Source: Octopus sinensis (taxonomy: Eukaryota). From it: a stretch of DNA of 64,000 nucleotides. This document shows, one piece after another, positions 1 through 12,744 of this stretch; position 1 is the stretch's first letter; the number at the start of each line of letters is the position of its first letter. The notes below the pieces were generated by a model. That model worked only from the letters and a program-made list of their open reading frames with translations, was not told where the DNA came from and did no database searches. A program made the translations under genes and the position numbers. The stretch is from contig NC_043015.1 of assembly GCF_006345805.1 (NCBI RefSeq), forward strand, positions 31,124,001 to 31,188,000. Direction: 5' to 3'.

Positions 1-193
1 AGTTTCATAACAGCCGTAATAAAGCAATGCTTTTCTTCTACTCCAACAACATTCCTGGAACTTGATAAGAACAACACAAACAGGAAAAAGGAATGTATAC
101 AACTGTCATTTCATTCAATTCTGCTCAATCCCAGGGTTTCTTTATATTTTGTCTTTTTACTTGTTTCAGTCATTCAGTCATTAGAGTGCTACC

Positions 194-234
<41 letters not shown>

Positions 235-426
235 AAGAACAAACACAAGGAAAAAAACAACAACACAAGCATGTGGTACATGCAAAGTATTAGCAGACAC
301 ACAGAAGGAAAGAAAGGTAGTTTTTATGTTTCGAGCAAAGCTCTTTGTCAGAAACAGGAGACAGAAGAAAGTCCAAGAGAAAAGGAAGACGGTTACATTT
401 TGAAATATATATATATATATCAGTCG

Positions 427-611
427 CCATGATAGACCATTAGCCACTACACACATTTTTCTTCTCTCCTTGTGTTTTTCTGTGTACCTTTCTGTAGAAG
501 GGCATAGGCTCGAAACATAAAAGACTTTTTCTATTCCTGAGCGTTATACTAATACATCTGTTTGTTTTGTACACCACCTGTCTTCGTCTTTTGTTTTTTT
601 TCATACACTCT

Positions 612-615
<4 letters not shown>
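427..615 (+). mobile_element. (TA)n-flanked Penelope-like mini-element, family A
   Basis: Near-identical copies at 17898-18083 and 52260-52455, all abutting (TA)n; contain cttt-CTGTAGA-a-GAGC-n4-GCTC-GAAAC-(G/A)TA-aaag. Confidence 0.6.
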
Positions 616-660
<45 letters not shown>

Positions 661-940
661 TACACTCGATAAGCATATATTTTTCTCACTCCAGCACGAC
701 ACTGGTCTTTGTTCTATCATTCCTTTTGAGTATCATTCTTCTATTAATATCATGTGTGAATTGTGATTTTGTCAGAGAGGTAAAATGAGGAAGGCAGAGA
801 ATTTGAATTTGAGTCTGTATGATGACTGCACAGCCACCACCACCACCACTACCATCGTCTTAGCCTTGCATTATGTTCACAATAAATTACAGAATTAATC
901 ACATTTTCAAAAGGGGAAAAAATGAAGAAATGATACATAC

Positions 941-1035
941 TTGGCAGATCTTATAACAACAGTATGGTCTGTGGAATGCAATATTTTAGACAAATGGTCA
1001 GCCACACTGTCTTCATAGATGCCAATACCTTCAAA
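941..1035 (-). CDS. DGKD: DGK exon, linker after catalytic subdomain (FEGIGIYEDSVADHLSKILHSTDHTVVIRSAK)
   Basis: ttcag|TTT acceptor, AA|gtatgt donor, 95 nt, phase 0/2; resembles the type II DGK YEDSVAxHLSKIL...SAK segment. Confidence 0.9.
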
Positions 1036-1629
1036 CTGAAGAAAAGGGACAAAAGAAAAAAGGTAATCAGTCAATCGATCAATCAATAAGACAGAAAGGA
1101 AGAAGGAATGAAAAAAGGAAGGAAAGAAAGAACAAAAGAATTAAAAAGGGAAGGGAAGAAAGAACAAAAAGAATTAAAAAGAAATGAAGGGATGAAAAAA
1201 AGGTAAAAAAGAAAGCAAGCAATGATAGATAGAAAAAGAAAGATATGGAAACAAAGAGAGGGGCAAAGATAAGAAGAGAGGAAAAAGAATAATAGTGTTG
1301 TATGATATAGGATAAACTCTGCAGATATTCCACTTGATGGACATTATGACTTGATTCTAAGCCCTTTGCTTTGGTTCTATCCTTAATTTTTATTCTTTGA
1401 AATTACAAAGTGATAACATTTTGAGATATTCTTTGTAAACTGAAATTGGGGAGAGAGAGAGAGAGAAAAAAAATTGGAAGTAAAATCCAAATTCAAAATA
1501 CATGTATGTAAATTCTTGTCTCTTCTTTGAATTTGGTTTACAAAGAATTCCTCAGTGTTATCAATTTGAAATTTCAATGTGATAAAATTTCAAAATACTA
1601 TTAGGGTGTCTATATATAGCATATACAAA

Positions 1630-2080
1630 CACGCATACACACACACACACGTGTGCGTGTGTATGTGTATATATAAATACATATATATATGTGTGTATAT
1701 ATACATACATATATATGTGTATATATACATACATACATGTGTATATATACATACATACATACATGTGTATATACATACATACATACATACATATATATAT
1801 GTGTATATATACATATATATGTGTGTATATATACATACATATATATATGTGTATACATACATATATGTGTATACATACATATATGTGTATACATACATAT
1901 ATGTGTATACATACATATATGTGTATACATACATATATATGTGCATATATACATACATACATATATATGTGTATATATACATACATATATATGTGTATAT
2001 ATACATACATACATACATATGTGTATATATACATACATACATACATACATACATACATACATGCACACGCATATACATAC
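1630..2080. repeat. Compound (TA)/(TACA)/(TG) microsatellite array
   Basis: Alternating purine-pyrimidine tract producing six overlapping spurious ORFs. Confidence 0.95.
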
Positions 2081-2558
2081 AGGAGTTTACAGGTGTTTAG
2101 GGTAAATCCCATCTGCTTCCTCTCGAAGCACATCTTGCTCATCCCATGATCACAATCAATATGCATCCTTAATTACTGTTGTATATAAATTAAAACAAAC
2201 ATTAAAATTGAGTGTTATGAAAATATCGTTTGCAGAGTTGTCGAATAAACAAAACAGGAAAATGGAAAATTTTTCGGTCTTATTTATTCTCCATTTACAT
2301 AAGTTGGAGAAATCATCAGACAAAAACATTTTATAACAGGAAATCCTTTACACGTCTCTCCGACATGTAAATCTTTGTGATCCCGGGAAGAAAATGAAAC
2401 ACATGGAATGGAGAAGGAATGATACCAAGAAATTTCTATTTTCCTGCTTTGTTTATATACATCATCATTGTTTAACATCTGCCTTCCATGCTAAAATGGG
2501 TTGGATGTATACATACACACATATACACACAACACACATATTATATGTGCATTTACAA

Positions 2559-2589
<31 letters not shown>

Positions 2590-2603
2590 CATACATACAT
2601 ACA

Positions 2604-2635
<32 letters not shown>

Positions 2636-3196
2636 CACACATATGTATGTACGTATGTATGAACGTATGTACATAAATAAATAAATAAATAAATACATAC
2701 ATACATACATATATTGTGTGTATAAATATATATAAATTTGAGGGACGTTATTATCTTAAAGCAAGTTTAAAAATAAATTTTGGAACATTTACTAATGGAG
2801 TGGCTTAAGATTGGGTAGAATGACATTTATTGTAAAGTTAAAGATGGTTGAGACTTTGCAATATATATATATATATATACATTGTTTAAAGTGTATATAC
2901 ATAGCATACACTGTTTAAAGTGAACAACTGAGGACCGAAATATTGCAGTGCTGTTTTCTATAATACAGTGCAGAGTACTAATGCAAGACAGTACAACACA
3001 CTCACATAGTATAGGGCAGTGTACTAATGTAATACAATACTGTACACTAATGCAAGATGATACAGTATACTAATGCAGTACAGTGCTTGCACTAATGCAG
3101 TATAATAAAATGTACAAACAGTACAGTGCAGTATGCTAATGTAGGGTCCCATAGGTGCTCTGTGGGGTTCCAATATTAATAGTAAAACGTCAGAAC

Positions 3197-3397
3197 TGGT
3201 GGCACATCTGTGCAGGTGGCACGTAAAAAGCACCCGCTACACTCACGGAGTGGTTGGCATCAGGAAGGGCATCCAGTTGTAGAAACATTGCCAGATAAGA
3301 CTGGAGCCTGGTGCAGCCTTCTGGCTTCCCAGATCCCCGGTCGAACCGTCCAACCCATGCTAGCATGGAGAACGGTTGTTAAACGATGATGATGATG
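3197..3397 (+). mobile_element. SINE family 3 copy
   Basis: ggttggcatcaggaagggcatccag...ccaacccatgctagcatgg...(gat)n. Confidence 0.8.
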
Positions 3398-4572
3398 GAG
3401 TACCAACTAAGTACTTTAGAGTATTTAACTCACTCTTCTATATTCAGAGTCGAAAACCTAGTGACCATTGAGCCAATAAGTACCTGGTTTGTTTATTTGA
3501 CTATACCTCTCCCCTACAAACAGTTGGTATTTTCCTACCTTCACAAAACCTATGCATATTGACAGGATTTGTCTAAGTTCTTGTTTCTGTTGAAATTATG
3601 ATGTGATCTGACCCAAGCAGTCACCATGACAACTGCACACATCAATAAACAATTCAAACCTTATTGCGCTAATTAGTAAAACACGCACTAATTAAAGTGC
3701 AAGATTTTACAGGTGAATGCCCTACTTAACGCTACAGCCACTACATGTTCGGTTGAGGGAACCTCTGTGGTAGAGTTCCTCAAGGTGCTTAGACAACCTA
3801 CTAGAAATAGCAGCTAAACTTGCCTCAAATCACTTGTCTCAAGAAAACAATAACACATTAAATATAGCCACCCAAGATACAGTATGTGTGCACAAAAGAC
3901 ACACTGAATATATTCTGGGACAGAATTGTTCTGCTTGATCATGGCTGATATAAAACTAAACAACAACAAAAGTATTAAGGCCATTGCTTTTACAAATTTA
4001 CTCTATTTACTAATAGCAAAAATACAGAATTAAAATAAGATACAGGGTAAAAACTGAATTAAACACATCACTCCCTTGTAGGTTTATATGATGTATAGTA
4101 TGTTGTTTATATATATTATGTTCTGGTATGCATGTATGTATGTTATGTTCTACATACAAGCTAAATTGTTTATTTATATACATGTGCTATATCACATATA
4201 CATACATATATACATACATATGGATGTGTATATATTATTGAAGTCATAAGGATTTATAAACTTTTGAAAGAACGTGAAATAATTCTTTTTGGGAACTGGA
4301 TCACGAAGCTATTGTTGATAGCTTTATGTGCTTCAAGATCCAGTTCCCAAAAAGATATATGTATGTATGAATGTATATATGTATGCATGTACGTATATGT
4401 GTGTGTGTGTGCATTTTCTGTGATGAGGTATGGGTTTGAGTCCCATGCATACAGGAAACCCACTTTTTTCTACCAAGGGCTTATATGCCCCAATATTAGA
4501 CTATTTTCTTTAGTCAATACATGGTGATCGCTTATAAGCTTTAAGTTTATATAAAATACCATTATTTACCGA

Positions 4573-4605
<33 letters not shown>

Positions 4606-5055
4606 TATGTACACACATGTATACACAGACACACATACACATGCATCCCCTCATGAAGGTTCAGCTTTAACAGTATGCTATCAAACATGGTAGGCATAAA
4701 TGAAAAAGCATATGGAAATTAAGATATCTTTATAGAGATGCCAACTCTAGTTGAATACTCGTCCAAGAATTTTGAACTTGAGATCTCAGCGGCCTTCAAA
4801 ATTAAATGTAAATTTGATTGTAGAAGTTGTGCCCCAATTTCTCTCTCTTTGAATTCATCGTGACTTGTGGACGTAGAGATTGTTTCCAAGCGTTATCTGT
4901 TGCATGAGTCAGCAGAACCAGGAACCAAAAATACTGACACCAATAACCTCATTAGTCTCAAACTGTGTTGGAATGCATAAGAAGAGAGATAAGAGCAGGG
5001 AGACAGTAACTGCTGCACTCCAATTTCATTCAGCCTCTAGCCTTATTCTACAAAA

Positions 5056-5375
5056 TCATCATCATCGTTTAGCATCCGCTTTCCATGCTAGCATGGGTTG
5101 GACGGTTCAGCTGGGGTCTGGGAAGCTAGAAGGCTGCACCAGGCCAGTCATATCTGGCGGTGTTTCTACAGCTGGATGCCCTTCCTAACGCCAACCACTC
5201 CGTGAGTGTAGTGGGTGCTTTTTATGTGCCACCGACACAGGTGCCAGATGAGGCTGGCAAACGGCCACGCTCGGATGGTGTTTTTTATGTGCCACCGGCA
5301 CAGAGGCCAGGCGAGGCTGGCACAGCCACGATCGGTTGGTGTTTGTTACGTGCCACCAGCACGGAGGCCAGTCGA
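5056..5375 (-). mobile_element. SINE family 3 ((GAT)n-tailed, internal tggcacgtaaaaagcacc repeats)
   Basis: TSD ttattct(a/g)caaaat; copies at 3197-3397, 13740-13905, 33300-33575, 39884-40200, 44171-44328, 46088-46256, 57285-57560. Confidence 0.8.
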
Positions 5376-5689
5376 TTTATTCTGCAAAATCTAGAAGTTT
5401 ACAGGGTTGTCATGATGAAGTTGTAAAGAGAGAGAGACAATGGCACAGCTGCAGCAATTAAATCCACATTGTTATATAATTAACATGCTTTGTAAGGTTT
5501 GGAGTTATCCATGACTTAAACAACAAGCTAACTAGCGTAGATAAAATACTGAAACCCTTTACATGAAAACAAGGGCTGGTAGCAAGAGGGGAGCATCACC
5601 AGTAAAAATTTCGCTTCAGTTACTACCTATGTCATCCTAGCAAGGAAAAATAGGCATTAAATGAAACGTATGTGTGAGTGTGTGTGTGT

Positions 5690-6035
5690 AAATAGACCTT
5701 TTATTTGTGGGTTAACAAAGCTACCAATGGTTTCATGTAGAGAGAAATCCCTCAACAATTATCAGAACCCACCACATGGTAATGTTAGTGCTCATCTCCA
5801 TCTTGGATGAAAGTACATGAAGCTACATGAGACAGTACAGAATTTGGGGATAAATAAATAAGATTATCTGTATATCTGTTTATCCCCAAATCCCATGCAG
5901 TCCCGTGTAGCTTCATGTAATTTCATCCATGATGGAGACAAGTATCAACATTTCTATGTAGCAGGCTTGAAAATTGTTGAGAGATTTTCCTCTACATGAA
6001 ACCACTGGTTAACCCATAAAATAAAGAATATTTAT
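5690..6035. mobile_element. Degenerate fold-back / palindromic MITE
   Basis: Nested inverted matches: tttatttgtgggttaac/gttaacccataaaataaa, ggtttcatgtagag/ctctacatgaaacc, acatgaagctaca/tgtagcttcatgt, atttggggataaa/tttatccccaaat. Confidence 0.75.
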
Positions 6036-6383
6036 CCACCAATGAAGTGTTGGGCACTCATTCTCACTGTTTGATATTAGCATATATATACATATATATA
6101 TATATTGTGATTTCAATTTCTAGTCTAGGTGGTGTGTAGTGTTCTTGAGCAAAACCCTTCTCACCTTGCTCTGCGATCACTCCAACACCTAATGCATGCC
6201 ACACTGTGCACCTGTTCAGGTAACATCGATTTGATAGAGGGACCGAGCTAAAGTGCAGCACAAACATTTGATCACTATAGACAAATTATTTGTGCAGATT
6301 GTTCAGCAAAGGCCGAACACTCATACGCTGTATCCAACAGGAGAGTCCATCATAGAAGTTTATACACATATACTCTTTTCTCT

Positions 6384-6782
6384 TTTTACTCCTTTACTTG
6401 TTTCAGTCATTTGACTGTGGCCATGCTGGAGCACCGCCTTTAGTCGAGCAAATCGACCCCGGGACTTATTCTTTGTAAGCCCAGTACTTATTCTATCAGT
6501 CTGTTTTGCTGAACCGCTAGGTGACGGCGACGTAAACACACCAGCATCGGTTATCAAGCAATGCTAGGGGGACAAACACAGACACACAAACATATACACA
6601 CACACTTATATATATATATACATATATACGACAGGCTTCTTTCAGTTTCCGTCCACCAAATCCACTCACAAGGCATTGGTCGGCCCGGGGCTATAGCAGA
6701 AGACACTTGCCCAAGATGCCACGCAGTGGGACTGAACCCGGAACCATGTGGTTGGTTAGCAAGCTACTTACCACACAGCCAC
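6384..6782 (-). mobile_element. SINE family 1 copy
   Basis: Reverse complement of 24401-24800. Confidence 0.85.
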
Positions 6783-6950
6783 ATCGTTTTTAATGTTAGA
6801 CATTGTTTCGTAATTGTTAATTGTGGATAAATAATTAAAAAAAACAAAAAAAACAGGGAAATAAAAGAAAATAGTGTGAAAGAATGAATAAATAAATTGA
6901 TGAATGAATGAGTGAATGAAAGAATGAAGAAGCTGAGCTACTATAGCAAC

Positions 6951-7008
6951 CTGTTGAGACAATTTTCTGGGTGTAGGCATGGTACCTTCATATGTCAGTA
7001 TACTCCAT
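6951..7008 (-). CDS. DGKD: DGK exon (WSILTYEGTMPTPRKLSQQ)
   Basis: ctcag|A TGG acceptor completes the LDRW motif; CAG|gttgct donor is weak; 58 nt, phase 2/0. Confidence 0.85.
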
Positions 7009-7235
7009 CTGAGGGAGGAAGAATTTTTTTGTAAGTTTATATTCAATTTCAGTTTCAATGCAAACAGAGAAATAAAAACAAAAAAATACATTATTATTAT
7101 TGTTCTTCTTGTTATTAATATAGGGAAAACAAAATGAAAGGGAAAAAAATCCTTATTCATAGTGGTAACATTGTTAATGAAGGTAGATGAGCCTCTAAGC
7201 TATTATGGTAGAATGTATATGAAGGCAATATGTCA

Positions 7236-7463
7236 TTAACCCTTTCGTTACCGTATTTCTGTTGAGATGCTCTGTGTTTCTTTCAATTACTTTAAAAATA
7301 ACAAAGAATTTAGTAAAATAACTTAGTTATCATTCAGCTAGTGTTAAGAACATAAATTGTGACTAAGGTTTGGTGGAAGATTTTAATTCAAAACTTATGA
7401 AAACAAGGCATTTGTACTCAGAACCAGGGCCGGTTTCAGCCAGGTTGGTAACGAAAGGGTTAA
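7236..7463. mobile_element. piggyBac-type MITE (TTAA target duplication)
   Basis: TTAA-ccctttcgttacc ... ggtaacgaaaggg-TTAA; other copies at 22031-22258, 23512-23739, 57003-57235. Confidence 0.85.
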
Positions 7464-7614
7464 GGGTATATAGGGTAGATGAAGGCAGTTGCCATTATGA
7501 TAGTTTTATGTACTTTTTTTTTTTTTTTTTTGGTAGGTTTGCATTAGGATTGCTGATGAAATTATTACAAATAAAAACCAGTAATTAAGAAGTTGATTCG
7601 TGCTCAATACATAC

Positions 7615-7754
7615 CGATCCAGCATCTTGATCTGAGAATGTTCCAGCTTCTCCAACAAAGCGTGTAGCTGGGTATCATCATCAAAAGCTGAACCCCACCC
7701 TAAGACTCTTGCTAAATCGTTTCCAGTACCAAATGGCAAAACTCCAATTTGACA
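7615..7754 (-). CDS. DGKD: DGK exon, catalytic domain ([47 protein letters not shown])
   Basis: ttcag|TGT acceptor, CG|gtatgt donor, 140 nt, phase 0/2; [15 protein letters not shown] motif. Confidence 0.96.
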
Positions 7755-7993
7755 CTGAAACACAGGAGATGAGGAGTTTGGGGAGGGAAGAGGGAGAGAG
7801 AGAAAAAAGAAAAGTAAAAAAAAACAAATTTGAAAAAAACAAATTACAAAAAATAAGAAATAAAAACAGTTACAAATAAACAAATATATATAAATGAAAA
7901 ACAAAGGAAGGAAAAAGTCAGTTTTAACATTTGGTGTATCTCAGACAAATCTGTTTGGCTTCACCCCAAACTTTCTTTTGCTATTTCTCTCTC

Positions 7994-8049
<56 letters not shown>

Positions 8050-9056
8050 ACACACATTCACTCACCAATATCAACCCTTTGGAACAAGTCTATTGTCCTT
8101 GGGTTCAAGCCAGCTCTTAATAAACAATAATTCAGATTAAACAGTAACCTTACAAGATGAACCCACTTCTACCGATTCCAGACTCAACAGTTTAGGAGGA
8201 TCTCAGAGTTCATGAAAGGGCTGCAAGATACCCCTTCCCCCACCCATCTACACACACACACACACACTACACTACATCTCATTCCATTCACAGCCATGTA
8301 AAAGCACATGTATAAAATAGATGCTTCCTAAATGTCTTTGTCCACAGCTGTTCCCGTAACCCCAAAAGTTTGTGGTGCAGAGTTCTGGGACACTGAGAGT
8401 CTGGCCAACATGGTTTAATTAATAATGGTTTCGAATTTTGGCACAAGGCCAGCAATTTTTTTTTTGGGTGGGGGGGTAAATCAATTACATCAATCCCAGT
8501 ACTCAACTAGTATTTATTTTATTGACCCTGAGAGGATGAAATGCAAAGTCAACCTTGGCAGAATTTGAACTCAGGACATAGCAACAAACAAAATGCCCAG
8601 CATGTTAACCATTCTGCCAGATTGCTGCCTAATTATTATTATTATTATTATTATTTATTATTATTATTATCCTTTCTACTAAGGGCACAAAGCCTGAAAT
8701 TTTGGGAGTGGGGACACTGAACTAAATATTCTGTCCACCCCAAACCTAGAATTCATCTATTTAATTAATAGCCATAAATGCCTTCCACCTCCACTTTACC
8801 AAAACCTTAATCCCTGACCTCTCACCCCAAACCGATCCTACAAAGAATAATACTGACATCTTATCTTTATTTTTGATTGCTATTTTATTTTCACTCTCCT
8901 TCATTCTTTCCCACACCTATCCTGTTCCTGTCTTTTCTCTCTATCTTTCTCACTCTATATACCCACGTAGACCATTTTCATACACAGTCCCCTGTGTCTC
9001 AAAGACTCCAACTTCCACATATAAACACACACATATATATACAGAAATAAACATAC

Positions 9057-9165
9057 CTGTTTATGTATGTCTAACTTATCTATTTCTGTTAAAACCCAAC
9101 CAATGCTTCCATCTCCTCCACACACTAAAATTCGAAACTGGTTAAATTTCTGAAACAACCTTAAA
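9057..9165 (-). CDS. DGKD: DGK exon with ATP-binding GGDG motif ([36 protein letters not shown])
   Basis: ttgcag|T acceptor, CAG|gtatgt donor, 109 nt, phase 2/0. Confidence 0.96.
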
Positions 9166-11470
9166 CTGCAAAGAAAAGAAGAAAAATACAGAACAACTGA
9201 AATTATTTTTAAAAGACAATGTAATTTTCTGAAAAAAAAAAATATTACAAAAAAATAAAAATATTACACAAAAAAATTCAGACTTGAAATTCAAACTCAC
9301 TCTATTTTTTTTTTCAACCAGTAACACAAAAACATAAAGCCTTATTTTGTGTCCTATGTTCATGTGTTGATCTTCTGTACAGGCGTAAAACCACAGAATG
9401 ATAAGATATAAGAAAAAAAACAAAACTATGAGACTCTTCTTTGTATGAGATATTATCAGGAAAACGAAAACAGATTCTATCTAAGAATGTAACTATGTCG
9501 AAGATTCCAAACTGCCAAGAGACTTAATTGATTTCATTTAATTAATTAGATCAAAATTTGTATTAAGATGATAACAGCCAAATAAATTAACCTCGGTACG
9601 TATTAATGGTTCTTGTTTTATCAAAGACTTGAACTGAAGGAAAAGAGGGATAAAAGTTATCAACAAAAACATCTTTTACAATCCTTTAAAAAAAAATCTT
9701 TCCTTCTCGTTTTCACACACACACACAAAATGGGGTTCTTTCAGTTTTTGTCTCTTAACTCCATCAATTCCATTCCCAAGGTTATATTGGTCAGCCCAAG
9801 GCTATAGTAGAAGACCTTTACCCAAAGTGCCATGCACTGGGACTGAACCTAAAGCCATGATGTGGTTGTGAAGCAAACTTCTTAGCCACAGCTGTACCTC
9901 CACTTTTCATGGCAACAAAAATACTATATATATCCTCATGACAAAATTATTAAAAAATGACACAAATCATTGTTATGCAAGGAGAGAAAGAATATATTAA
10001 TAGTTGAATCAAATTTCATTCGTAACACATATTCTGTGGATCCCAGAGAAATGAAGGATGAAATAAATCCTTGCAACATTTGAATACTTAAATGTGAAGT
10101 ACCAAACTAGATACAGTAAAGTGAGTAGTTTGGAACAACTAATGGTATTGAGTTCTTTACCAATAATCTGGAAATATTTATGCAATGAAACGAATTATTT
10201 AACAGAAAAATATTACAAAAAAAGAGGGTAAAAAAAATATTGGTGAATATGTAAAATGTTCAACTTAATAACGCTAGTGAGAGTAAGATAAAATGTGAAC
10301 ATTAATTTCACTAGCAGAATAATGTGAGAAGGCAAAAGGAAAGAAAATCTGTTAAGAAACAAAACCGATAACATTTCTGGGGTGTAAATACAATGAACAA
10401 TTGCCTCTGTGGCTTTGTCCTGGAGATGGTCTCCGAGTTGGTGTGCCTGGCTAAACAAGGATTGGTGGGAAACAGTGTGAATGGTTTCTAGTTATAAGTG
10501 GTGAAGCTATTGCTTCTATTCAAACCTAAACAAGCGATGAGGGTGATTTATTTACCAGGTGAATTCAACACAGCCATAGTGTATATTATAAACTGGAGCT
10601 GAAAGAAAGGAAAGTTTACATTTTGTTTATGGAAGGGACCATGTACCAATTGTAACTAGACACTAGACAACAAATTTTCTGGTATATTCACAGGATTGAG
10701 GTAAAAGATGATGTAATGGTTTTCAAATAAGCATTGCTCCCTATCTCTTCAGAAGTTAAGGAATCATGATCAAAAGCAGGTATGACTTTTGATAGTCATA
10801 TCTACATGGTTTCGGGTTCAGTCCCACTGCATGGCACTTTGGGTAGGTGTCTTCCACTATAGCCCCGAGTCAACCGAAGCTTTGTGATTGAATTCGGTAG
10901 GTGGAAGTTACTGCTGTGTATGTGTGCGTGTAAGTGCTCAGTGCCTCTCCGAAAGAGAAAGAGAAGGATATCTAGAGCTTCTCATTGTCAGAAATATTTC
11001 TAAATTGTTTGAGCTTTTATCTACCACTATTATTGTGGATTCTCCTCCTCAGAGGTGATGAGTCTCATGTTACTCTCATTCAGGCACCCCTAACTCCTTT
11101 GGTTCTCCTCTTCTCATTACCCATGTGGTTTTCACCCAACCCACCAAGAGTCCCAGCACTAACCATCACACCCAGTCTGCAATAGTTTAAGCAGAACATT
11201 AATGGAATCAATCTCACTGACCTCAGAACACCTTTAAAGGCATGGGCAATGCCCTTTCCTCTAAACACAGTAAATAAAAACTAAGAAATATAGAAGAACT
11301 GATTGTTTTAAGCCTTTATGTGATTACTTGATCTGCAGGAAACAGCAGCAAAATCTCTTTCAATGCACATTGTATCATTTAAAAAAAAAATGGATGGAGG
11401 ATATCAGATATTGTACATTGTTTACACTATTTACATTTGACGAATATTTGTCCTCATCTTGTTTGTTGCT

Positions 11471-11516
11471 AACACAACGTTTCAGCTGATATACCCTCCA
11501 GCCTTCATCAGGTGTC
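11471..11516 (-). ncRNA. Minimal type I hammerhead-ribozyme-like motif in a Penelope-like fragment (~11415-11760)
   Basis: Minus strand GACAC-CTGATGA-A-GGCTG-gagggtatat-CAGCT-GAAAC-GTT-GTGTT: stem I, conserved core, stem II and GUH site. Confidence 0.55.
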
Positions 11517-11803
11517 TTGGGGAAATTTCAAACCTAGGTTCTCATTCCTAAGGTATTTTTCGATGTTGTTGTTGTTGTTGCTGCTGTTGCCGTTGTTGTC
11601 ACTGTTTGGAATCAAACTCGGAATCTTGGGGTTAGTAGCCCATGCTCTTAACCACTACACCATATGCCCTTGGGCAATTATGGAGTGAATTTTAGGGCTT
11701 ATAAATCTTATATTTTTCTATCCTTCCTTAATACCAGTTCAACCATAAGACAATTAAATTTTAAAAATAAGCATACGTTGTGATGATAGATGAAATAACT
11801 TAC

Positions 11804-11886
11804 CCGGGGTATGGACCTCCATTCATAAGATCAAAGACCTGCGCAGGATTTAACAACTGCTTAAATCGCCGTAAAAACTTAACACC
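11804..11886 (-). CDS. DGKD: DGK exon, catalytic domain (GVKFLRRFKQLLNPAQVFDLMNGGPYPG)
   Basis: tttag|GGT acceptor, GG|gtaagt donor, 83 nt, phase 0/2; LLNPAQVFDL motif. Confidence 0.95.
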
Positions 11887-12447
11887 CTAAAATTTGAAAA
11901 AGAAATTACATTTTAGAACTTCCATTGAGATATAAATAACACATGTAACAAATGTGTCTCACACACTCAAGCACACACATACATATATGGGTGCGTGTGA
12001 GTATATATGTATGTGTGTATAGCAAGTATCCAGACTGTTGCCATAGTAATGACGCTAAAGCACTCAGAGTGAAACTGCTTGGCAAAGACTGACCTTGAAC
12101 TCTGCTGTACATGCGCACTGAGTGTTAATGTTCTAGCTCACTTTTGTTATTTACAGCAATGCTTGGAAGGAAGGTGTGTAGCATGTGACTGTTGCATCGA
12201 CCATGACAGAGAAAGCTGTCATGGTGAGACCTGCTCCATGGCCTATGCAAAGTTGCAGAAGTGTATGGAGAGGGGTGCATGAGCTGCACACAAGTGTATG
12301 AGTGGTTCAGGCATTTCCAAGATGGCCAAAAAAACGTTGATATTTTTCATCCTTTCGGATATCAAAACATTGATATCTTTCATCCTTTCGGTGTCAATAA
12401 AATAAGTACCAGTTGAACACTGGGGTCTATGTAATCAACTCATCCTC

Positions 12448-12481
<34 letters not shown>

Positions 12482-12485
12482 GCTG

Positions 12486-12744
12486 GGAAGGTGTTTGTAA
12501 GCCATTTAAGAAACACACAAAAGCCGTTCGATTCACTTCAACATTTAAGTTTAATTTGTCAAAATATTTTCGTCGCTTTAAGACCGCGACCTGTTCACTG
12601 ACAAAAATCCGTGCTGCATGGATTTTTGTCAGTGAACAGGTCGCGGTCTTATAGCGACGAAAATATTTTGACAAATTAAACTTAAATGTTGAAGTGAATC
12701 GAACGGCTTTTGTGTGTTTCTTAAATGGCTTAAAAACACCTTCC
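12486..12744. repeat. Near-perfect inverted repeat (129-bp arms, centre 12615), part of a mobile element extending to ~12815
   Basis: Arms are reverse complements with about 3 mismatches; the tail cagcacacgatctcagatcaaatcacttgctatgcaagtacatc recurs at ~43880-43930. Confidence 0.92.

Noticed and set aside
1561-2166. Long Y/I/H/T/C/V/M-rich ORFs (also 24769-25828, 58214-58786, 59163-59626)
   Set aside because: Translations of TA/CA/TG microsatellites, open in most frames on both strands.
2080-2170. Possible cassette exon with gtatgt donor
   Set aside because: The phase-0 frame after the nearest AG hits a stop; the donor is part of the microsatellite.
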